Shown here piece by piece: positions 32,660 through 41,700 of a stretch of DNA of 54,091 nt. The stretch comes from a virus: positions 1 through 54,091 of IMG/VR virus record IMGVR_UViG_3300039008_000121. One strand, 5' to 3'. The notes below the pieces were generated by a model. That model searched no databases. It was given only the letters and a program-made list of their open reading frames with translations, and was not told where the DNA came from. Position 1 is the first letter of the stretch; each line of letters starts with the position of its first letter. Made by a program: the position numbers and the translations under genes.

Positions 32660-33352
32660 ATGAAAACAATTAATCTATATTTCGATTTCGAATTTACATC
32701 ACTCAGTCCGGATGCACAACCGATATCAATTGGAATTATTAGTGATGATAATAAGAAATTCTACGCAGAGTTTACCGACTTCGATATCAATCATTGCGAT
32801 GAGTGGGTAAAAGAAAATGTACTATCTAAATTATATTTAAAAGAAAAGTTTTGTGAAAATGCACGGATATTAGCAGGTGATTCGTGGAAGTGCATTGCTA
32901 ATATTATTGGCATTAAATTTCACCTGTCTGAATGGCTTTCTCAATTCTCCGACTACAAAATCCAATTCGTATGCGATTGCGGAACTTACGACTGGTATTG
33001 GATGGTACAACTGTTAGCAGAGTGGGAGCAAATAGAGGATGATAAAAATGGTTTTGATGGTAATTGTCCTACATGCGGAACAAAAGGAAAGGAAAGTTTT
33101 AGTATTGGCCTTCCAAATTTACCATCAAATGTTTCACCAGTTCCAGAGGATCTAAACGATTTGATTGCAAGAAAACAACAAATTTCGGTGCGTGAGGCAT
33201 TTGATTTGAATAGGGAAGAGTTAGTTGGTAATTGGGATAAGCTTGATGAAATGAATAGTGGTAAAAAATCATATAATTTAGATCAGTTCCCAAAACACAA
33301 CGCCCTATGGGATGCAAAAGTTATCAAGCAGATATATAATAAATTAATTTAG
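32660..33352 (+). CDS. DEDDh 3'-5' exo(ribo)nuclease, small phage type
   Basis: YFDFEFTS (DxE), CGTYDWYWM (D) and HNALWDA (H-x4-D), with an inserted CPTCG element. Confidence 0.65.
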   Translation: MKTINLYFDFEFTSLSPDAQPISIGIISDDNKKFYAEFTDFDINHCDEWVKENVLSKLYLKEKFCENARILAGDSWKCIANIIGIKFHLSEWLSQFSDYKIQFVCDCGTYDWYWMVQLLAEWEQIEDDKNGFDGNCPTCGTKGKESFSIGLPNLPSNVSPVPEDLNDLIARKQQISVREAFDLNREELVGNWDKLDEMNSGKKSYNLDQFPKHNALWDAKVIKQIYNKLI

Positions 33353-33357
33353 TAGTT

Positions 33358-33468
33358 ATGAAAACAGCAGGGGATAGCCATTATCATGGCGAAGGATTTT
33401 CAGATTATGTGCCTTGGTTAGCCTCGCAAACCGATATGCTTTCAACAGATTGGGAAATAGTTGAATAA
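33358..33468 (+). CDS. Possible 36-aa ORF (below the cutoff)
   Basis: Hand translation gives MKTAGDSHYHGEGFSDYVPWLASQTDMLSTDWEIVE, starting 5 nt after the previous stop. Confidence 0.3.
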   Translation: MKTAGDSHYHGEGFSDYVPWLASQTDMLSTDWEIVE

Positions 33469-33568
33469 TTGTAAATATTTAAAGTAAAACTTTAAATAAA
33501 TATTTGTATCTTGTTGACTCATGATTGAATATGTTTTAAAAGTGAATTGACTTTTGTCATTGTCAAAG

Positions 33569-33606
33569 AAGGCTACCTTTCCCGGGGTAGCCTTTTCTTA
33601 TTTTCT
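33569..33606 (+). terminator. Rho-independent terminator at the convergent junction
   Basis: AAGGCTACC-N8-GGTAGCCTT followed by TTTCTTATTTT. Confidence 0.7.
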
Positions 33607-33637
33607 TACGTCATTTCTTAAACGCTTTGTAAAATCA

Positions 33638-33690
33638 AACCAACAACCGATAACCGACAACCGATAACCGACAACCGATAACCAACAACC
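33638..33690. repeat. Heptad/14-mer tandem repeat (CAACCGATAACCGA)n, i.e. (TCGGTTR)n in portal-sense
   Basis: Read directly. It starts 1 nt after the portal stop. A related copy lies at 35721..35753. Confidence 0.9.
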
Positions 33691-33691
33691 A

Positions 33692-35698
33692 TTAACTCAC
33701 CTTACCCAAAGCATTATTAAACATTTCAATAACTCTTGGATCGGCCTGACCTTGTATCTGCTGCATTGTTTCAGGATCAAATTGCTGTGGCAATTCTCCA
33801 CCTGCAACGGCCTGTTGTCTCTGCTTAATCTGCTCAAGCAGTTTGTCAGCAAAAGGAATCGAACTGTTTTCCAAGTACATTTGAATATCGATATACTGAC
33901 CATCCAATAACTTCATTAAACTCTCATCAAGCAATTGCCTGAATGCAGGTGTATCGGTACTTTGACCAAGTGAGTATTCAAACTCAATATTCTGAACCGC
34001 TTTAGGATCGTATTTTTTGGCCTCAGCTGAGTACGATTTACCAGACACAATCAAGTTGCGTTCTTCATCATAGAATTGCTGAATAACTTTCAGAATCTTT
34101 CTATCTCTTCGCTCTTTGAATGATTTGAATGAATCCATAACATCCATAGTAGAGATAGTTGCATTCTGTGCCTCTTGAGCATATAAACTAGCAGCCTTTC
34201 CGCTTCCTGCTGTGTGGCCCTGAATGGCACCATTAACACCAGAAATTTCTTGTAACATTCGCATTTGCAAACTCAGCATTTCATGTACACCAATATTGGT
34301 TGAATTCGTGCTAATTTGCCTTGGAATTTCAACACCTGGCTTAGCCTTGTATTTGATTACACCATTATAACGAGTCCATTCCTCTGCAAAATCTTCCTCA
34401 GTCATATCATCAGGAATTGCATCTTCCGGCAATAACAAAACACCCTTAGCCGATGCACCCATAATAAAGTCAATCATGATAATCATTCGGTTTATGTATT
34501 TTTGCTGATCAATAATATCCTCAACAAAACCCCAAACCTTACCATCCACCATAGGATACAAAGCCATAACATACGGATGCTCTTTGTGCGAGAAAGGAGT
34601 TTCACCCTCATACAAACACTGTCCGTAAGGAGTCAGATACTTCACATACCAAAAACGATCAAAACGATTATCGAACTCAATCAAAGGAGCTTCATCTTCC
34701 GGCATACCTGCCTCAACCACCTTGGCAACTCTTTGCCGATTCATCAAAGCGATATCAGCTTTCAACTTTGCCAATTCCTTTTTGGTACCAGAGTGAACTT
34801 CATAACTGGCATCTAACCAATCATGACTATAAACACGCCACTCTCCGCGAAGTTCCCAAGCCTCAATAACTCGACATTTTTGCGGATCCAAATCAGAAAG
34901 AAACGAAAGACCATCAAGCCTGTTGCTATCCAATCCCCGGCTATGCACTACCGATACACTATCAACATGACCATACCAACCACGAATCTTTTTTTCTTCA
35001 TCTTTCGATCTGGCAAAAGCACTCACCAAATCATCCATATCAATATCAAGCACACAACCCATCAAATTCAAGTCAGTCAATCTCGGATCCTCCACATTTG
35101 TATTGAAGAAAACACGATTCATATTTACATTCTCATAGTAAACATCTTCAATCTTTCTGCTTCTCCAATATCGGTAGTTAATCTTACCAACCGCACCGCC
35201 CGATATCAAAAACTCCTCGTATGCTCTTACATCAAGCTCAGGAATCTCATTAATCTGGTGAACAGCTTGCAAGGCATTAGTCATCATTTCCGATGCACTT
35301 GCATCATCCCTGTCACGAGCCACAACAATTGGCTTGGTCTTATTACTTCTGTATTGGCCTAACAAATTTCTAACCAAGTTGCGAATCTGGTTATTTTTCA
35401 ATGGAGTTTTACCTTGTCGAACAATCAACTCCATTTCTGTGATATATTCACCAGGATTATCAGGATCCTCAACTTTATCACTCCACTGATCACCGGAGTA
35501 GAACTTCCGTGCCCGTTCTCTACGCCTCCTAAAATCATCCAACGCATTGTAATACTGACCGCACAAAGTCAACAAACGCAAGTTATCTGCACTATCCTGA
35601 TTTTCTTCTTCGGCAACAACCTTAACTTCAGGCCTCTTAATACCCAAATTCGTATTGTTGTATTTCTTAAAGTTTACTTTACTTAAATCTCTTTGCAT
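33692..35698 (-). CDS. Portal protein candidate
   Basis: 668 aa in the packaging/head region, immediately downstream of the giant virion-associated gene. The call rests on size and on the N-terminal FYSGDQW-type region. Confidence 0.6.
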   Translation of the reverse strand: MQRDLSKVNFKKYNNTNLGIKRPEVKVVAEEENQDSADNLRLLTLCGQYYNALDDFRRRRERARKFYSGDQWSDKVEDPDNPGEYITEMELIVRQGKTPLKNNQIRNLVRNLLGQYRSNKTKPIVVARDRDDASASEMMTNALQAVHQINEIPELDVRAYEEFLISGGAVGKINYRYWRSRKIEDVYYENVNMNRVFFNTNVEDPRLTDLNLMGCVLDIDMDDLVSAFARSKDEEKKIRGWYGHVDSVSVVHSRGLDSNRLDGLSFLSDLDPQKCRVIEAWELRGEWRVYSHDWLDASYEVHSGTKKELAKLKADIALMNRQRVAKVVEAGMPEDEAPLIEFDNRFDRFWYVKYLTPYGQCLYEGETPFSHKEHPYVMALYPMVDGKVWGFVEDIIDQQKYINRMIIMIDFIMGASAKGVLLLPEDAIPDDMTEEDFAEEWTRYNGVIKYKAKPGVEIPRQISTNSTNIGVHEMLSLQMRMLQEISGVNGAIQGHTAGSGKAASLYAQEAQNATISTMDVMDSFKSFKERRDRKILKVIQQFYDEERNLIVSGKSYSAEAKKYDPKAVQNIEFEYSLGQSTDTPAFRQLLDESLMKLLDGQYIDIQMYLENSSIPFADKLLEQIKQRQQAVAGGELPQQFDPETMQQIQGQADPRVIEMFNNALGKVS

Positions 35699-35720
35699 AA
35701 CACATTAAATTTTACCATTT

Positions 35721-35753
35721 ACCAACAGACAACCGAAAACCGACAACCGATAA
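35721..35753. repeat. Second copy of the CAACCGA(T/A)AACCGA repeat
   Basis: accaacagacaaccgaaaaccgacaaccgataac lies between the stop of the giant gene and the portal start. Confidence 0.85.
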
Positions 35754-38700
35754 CTAATCACCACGACTCACTGCCTCAACAGCATCTTTCATTAGCTTAT
35801 TTTTCAGTCCGGTTAATTCGGAAATTGTTTCTTTATCTTCGATGTTCTTCATGCGATCATTAAGACGATTGATCTGCTTTTGATATTGTCCGAAGGTTTT
35901 AACTCGTCTTAATTGCTCTGTATCTCCAATCATCTTGAAAAGCTTATCTAGTTCACCACTGTTACGATATTGCTTATAGTAGTAATCATACTGGTCAAAT
36001 TCATCTTTAAGCTTGAAGTAATCCTCATAAACACCTTTTTTGTATGATGATTGATACAATCTGCGGAATACAGGAACATTACTGGTCTTAATTTCTTCCT
36101 CACTATCAAGTACCGAGTTTGCAGTCTTAACAACATTATTGAAAAATTTACCTCTACCACCTGCAAAGTATTCCAGGTAATGTTCAGCTTTCGATGGATT
36201 CCAATCGAACAACCAATTTTTAGCAGGATTATTTACCAACTCACCATCTTTCAACTCAACTCCTGCAGGTCTCAAATGATCTCCACCGCCTACTTCATTC
36301 AGCCATTCAGCCAAATCAGTAAGGAAACCATTGGTAGATCTCAAACCCATTTGGCTTTCAGGTTTTCGACCTTCCATATTTTTCGAGAATGCTTCTTTAA
36401 ATACCGGACCACCATAGAAATTTTCATTAACCTTAACATCGAAGATTGGAACCAGTACGGTAGGAACCGCAGGTCTCCAACTTAATTCACCTTTCTTATT
36501 GGTAATACTTGATGTGTTGATAGGAGAAAGCGCATCGGCGAAATTTCCCATTGCTGCATAAAACCCATCAGTAGCCGATTTTCTATCGTTCAATATCTCA
36601 TTGGCAATAACACCAAGACCTGAGAATGATCTAAAGAAGTGAGGCATCGGAATAGTAACAAACTTATTTTCACTTCCCCAAAAATTAGGCAATACCAAAT
36701 TGTTATACTTCTGGTAATCGCTTAACTGATCGTAGTAGTATTCTCCATCTTCATCCTGTCCTCCAAAGGCTCTGGCAATGGCAGAACTCAAAGCACCCAA
36801 TACAGCAAAGCCAGTACTAACCGCTAGCATCTTGCCCTTATGACGCTTCGCCATTGATAAGGCATTCTGCGAACCCTGAACAGTAGCATTAAAGAATGCA
36901 AACAAGGAACCAAGCAAGGAGGTCAATTTTCCTTTGCGGTTGAAGTTTACTGTTATTTCTTTTGCCTGATATGCTGCCTCTTTAGAACTCTTACCCTGCT
37001 GAATAGCAGCCAGATAAGTAGAGAATCGGGCCATATTTTCCGACTGTAAAGCCATGTATTCCAATAACTTACCACTACCTTTAATTAATCGGCCTTGAGT
37101 CATTTGATCCCATTTGGAATTCGTACCGTATAATCGTTTCAAATCCTTCTCGATTCCTTTCTTCAAATCCTTGATGTCGTACAAATGAACAAATCCAGTC
37201 TCTCCACCGCCAATCATAAATTGATGATAGAGTTTATCAATCTCACTATTCATATCAGCCGTACCACGCAAATGACGATCAATTGCGCCCATGGCAACAG
37301 GAAGATTTTTAGCAAACAGAGCAGCACTTTTCGAACCGTGCTTAATCAAATGAGCAGGAATCGAATAACCCATATCTCGAATAAAGTTGATCGGGATAAA
37401 TGCAGGATTCTTACTGGTAAAGTTCTGAGCTAACCAATGTGTCGCCTGTCCGATTGTAGACTGAGCCAACTGAGTAGCTGCCTTGGTAGTTTCTTTTATA
37501 TTGGTTTTATTGACTGCATTGGCAACATTAGGATCAGTGAAATTACCGACCATTTTTGTACCATTAAAGAAAGCCTCTACTTCGTGTTCACTTGCCAATG
37601 GCCTTGCTACTCTGCGCTGATCTTTATTTTTCATCACAACATCAGCCTCACCATTGGCCCACTTTTCCTGATCTGGCTTTTCAAGCGTTTCCTCCCAAAC
37701 CTCATTTCCATCGGCATCCTCGCCAACTTTAACCAGGTACACCTTTTTCAAGTTGAACAAATCAGCTCTGTTCTGATTATTTTTAACCATCCTGAGTGCA
37801 TTCTGCTTGATTCGGTTTTTGTTACCTGCAGCAATAGCCGTATGTGCCATACTTGCCATATATGCTAGCGGATCATCGGCCTCGCTTTCTCTACCTTCGG
37901 CTTTCTTTACCAAATTATAAGCTCCTCCGGTAGAGTTGTTCTGATAATCAAACATTGCATCCATATCCTCAGAACCTTTCCAACCACGTAACGGAACATA
38001 GAAATCAAACATTTCCTGATAAGATTGATACTGATCTTTACTCAAGAAGCCATCCTTAAACCATCGTTCAGTTGTGAATGATGTATTTCGTTTTATCTGG
38101 CTCCAAAGTTCGTTAATCTCACTTTCCGGAATATCTTTTTCAAACTGATCGATTGCCTCTTGTGCCTCCTGATCAGTCATACCCGAATACTTTTCATCGG
38201 CTTGCATGTGTTGTTCAAACACATCTTTCACTTTCTGATCGTATTTCTCATTCGCATCGCTCAGGTTAGCTTCAGCAATATCAACTTCTTCACCAGCTCC
38301 ATATTCTTCTAAGGCTTTATTGTACTGCTTTTTCAAATTGCGAACATTTTTCGCCAAAGAAACAACACTCGGATCAGACATTGTTTTCTTCATGCGAATG
38401 TGCGCATTTCTTTCCGGTGCATGCTTGGCTTTCATATATGCCTGAATCTGTTCAGGATTGGCATAATCCATCAGCTTAGACACAGCCTTTTGTAATGGCT
38501 CAAAGAACTTGGTCGTATAATCATCAATCTGTGCCTTACTTTTCGAACTAGATAAATTTTCCTCTACATAAGGATTCGAGAAATCGTCTACATTTCCACC
38601 GCCTTCAATCACTTTCTCCTGAATATTCCTGACCGATAACATTTGATCCTGGAAGTTCTCTCTTGCCTGTTCACCCTTCGAGTTGATCATCTTTCCCGAC

Positions 38701-41700
38701 TGATTTTTACTTTTAAGCTTAAATCGAACATCAGAATCATCAACAAAAAGCTCACCCTTGCTATTTCGTTCACCTTTTAGTAACTTTGCTACAGGAATAG
38801 AATTAGATTCAGTAGTGGAGTACTGGTAAGTGTCAGCTTTTTGCTGATAACCCGGATTCGGAGCCATGTCTGTTGGCCGTGCTGCTTCTAATTCTATTTT
38901 TTGTACTTCATGAGTGTAGTATTTCTTACCATCATTTCTAACATCCTTAATTGTAATCTTAACCCGTTTTAATTCGCCATTGTGTCTAATCGGCACATAA
39001 AATCTATGTATGGCATTCAGGTTAAAATCTTTTTCAGCCTTTTGTCCTTCATGGCTCTCTGCCAGTACCGATTCCTTTATTAATTCAGGAATAGACTTTA
39101 CCAAATCAATATGGCTTTGATTATTTTCGCTTTTCGATATCGCTTTTCCGCTAAATACCTTCATTAAGCTTTTTCTGCCAACTCTAATCTCAAACCCACT
39201 ATCAGCATTAACATAGCTATTCCCTTGCAAATTCTCTCTTGCCCAATCCTTAGCTTCCTGAATTGTTTTAAAAGAATCAGCAACAACATCTACAATAGCA
39301 ACATTCGGTTTCGATAATAATTCTATTTTACCTGGAGTTTTTAAAGATAATCGTGGCTCATTATAAACACTCATATCATCCAAAAAATCATTGGCATTTG
39401 TGTAATCATTAGGGTTTGGTTCCGCTTTTAATCGCTCCTTACTTTCCGCTAACAATTTGCGAATCTCCGAATCAGAATAAGAAAGCTTGTAAACCTTACG
39501 AATCAATTCGCGAATCTTAGCAATCACTTTATCCAATAGTGTAGGCGACTGATCCAACTCAGCCATTTCAGCAATGTATTCCTCGGCTATCTCGTAATAA
39601 TCATTACCATACGTTTCTGCCAATCTATCAATATCAGATTGGTTCATACCCTTGTAAACCAAATCAAGCACTTCACCAAACCGATCACCAAGAGCAACCC
39701 TCAAACCTCTGTGAGCAACAACCTCATGCAATACCACTCGTCTGGCCTCAGCTCCATCCATAATATTCGAACCAATAATATAAGACGTTTTGCTTTGCGG
39801 ATCGAACACACCTTGTACACGCCCTTCCAAATCAAGCTTGGCAATCTTGTTCTGTATGTACTGTGGCAATCCTGCCTCAGTTGATACGGCAACAATCTTG
39901 GAATTCAATTCCTTCGCCAACTCGTTAACGGTTTCCGAAATCTCCTTGTCATGCCTTCTGATTTCTGACTGAACTGCATTCAAGTAATCAATCGGATGCT
40001 TATAGTCACTCGGAAGGATCTTATTACTCTGCTTGAATTTCAAATCAGTATTTGCAGCAACATCACTTCTAAACTTGTCAGCATCTTCACCAGTCTTAAA
40101 TAAGAAACCTTTTGCAAATCGACTATAAAAACCATTGTTGTTATTGGCTATCGATTTGGTTGCTTGATAAGTATCTTTCTCAACTCTACCATTGAATTTG
40201 ACAAGCTTTAATTCTTCTTTTGTCTTGGTATTGGTGTAATCCTGAGCAGGAGCAAGGAGTTCGCTATTTGTTTCCTCAACTGGAACCGCTTGCTCTTGAA
40301 CTTTTTTCACTTGCGTTGGAATCGATTTAGTTCTTTCTGGCAATGACAAATACTCAATCTGATCAAACAACTCTCCGATATTATCGATTCTATCTAATTC
40401 GATTCGTCTTGTTGGTTGAACATCGATAGGATTCGATGCCTTATCAATCACAATCACCTTAGTACCAACTTTGGTTCCTGCTCTCTCAAATGTTACTTGT
40501 GGAAGAACAACCTCAGCAATAAGATGTGCATCAGAATTATTCGGCTTGCCTTTATCGTTCTCGCCATAAAGAAACTTCTCTAATCTCTTTTGCATTGATG
40601 GTCCATTAGGAACAATCGCCACAACTCTACCACCTTCGCGTAAATGATTGAATGCTTTCTCCACATGTTCCATTGCTGTTTTACCAGACGAACCAAATGG
40701 AGGATTCATAGCAATACCATCAAATTTATTAATGACATTGAAGTCCTCAAATTGCTGTTGCTTAATCGTTCCGCTTGCATTAATGGAAAGCTGAGAACTT
40801 AAAGTGTAACTAGGTTCTACAAAAATATTCTTTGTATCTCCCGGGAAGAATCTTGCAATTGCTCCATGTCCGGCACTTGGTTCAAGTGCCGATTCGTTTG
40901 GCTGCAATCCTAACCACTCAACCACCTTCAAACCTACCGGTTCAGGAGTGGCAAAATAGTCAGTCCCTTCTCTAGACTTGTTCTTGGCAGTTTTCTTGCC
41001 TCTGGCAAAATAGTAAGTTTTAGCCTGATCAAATTCAGACGTTTCCAATACTTGAGTATCGAATTCCTTACCGCCTTTGCCTTGTTCTTTGTTCGGTGCA
41101 TCATCAATTGCATTCTGATAACCTTCTTTAAATGCAGTCTCCAAATCTCTCGCTCTGTTACCCATTGCAAGGTTTTCGGCTGTCTTGGCTCTGGTTGCAA
41201 CCTTTTCAGCAAAAGCATGCTTTTCAAAATCGGTATGCAATACAGGATATTCAAATATCGCATCACTCTCTGAACCCAATCGGTAAATTCTACCTTCGGT
41301 CTGAATAGCATCAGTCGGTGCAGTTGGTAATCCAAGATCAATTAAAACCCTCTGCGTATTTCCTTCGATATCATGCAAAGAAATTCCTTCCTTACCTGCC
41401 TTGCGTTGAACAATCATGATATCAATGCCCGACTTCGGATCGTTAAACTCCTTAATGTAGTTGAATCGTTTCTTTTTCGATATCGTACCGTTGAATTCCC
41501 TTGCCTGTTCTCCAAATTGCTCAACTATCGCACTTCTCGGATTTACCAATTCACCCAAGTCCATGTTTACCAGTTCAGGATATTCCGACTCAAACATATC
41601 AATCTCTGCCTGTAAAGAGGTAGCCAATGCAGGATCTCCTACCATTTCCATCGGGCTAAGCATCTTATCATTTTCGATATTAAAACGGAATGGATGCGAT

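Noticed and set aside
33638-33690. A possible mini-CRISPR array or telomere-like repeat
   Set aside because: The period is only 7/14 bp with no unique spacers, and there are no cas genes. It is treated as a short tandem repeat of unknown function.
34502-35686. Plus-strand ORFs (104, 179 and 90 aa) antisense to the portal gene
   Set aside because: These are shadow frames of the 668-aa portal ORF. Their I/N/H/T-rich sequences are implausible.
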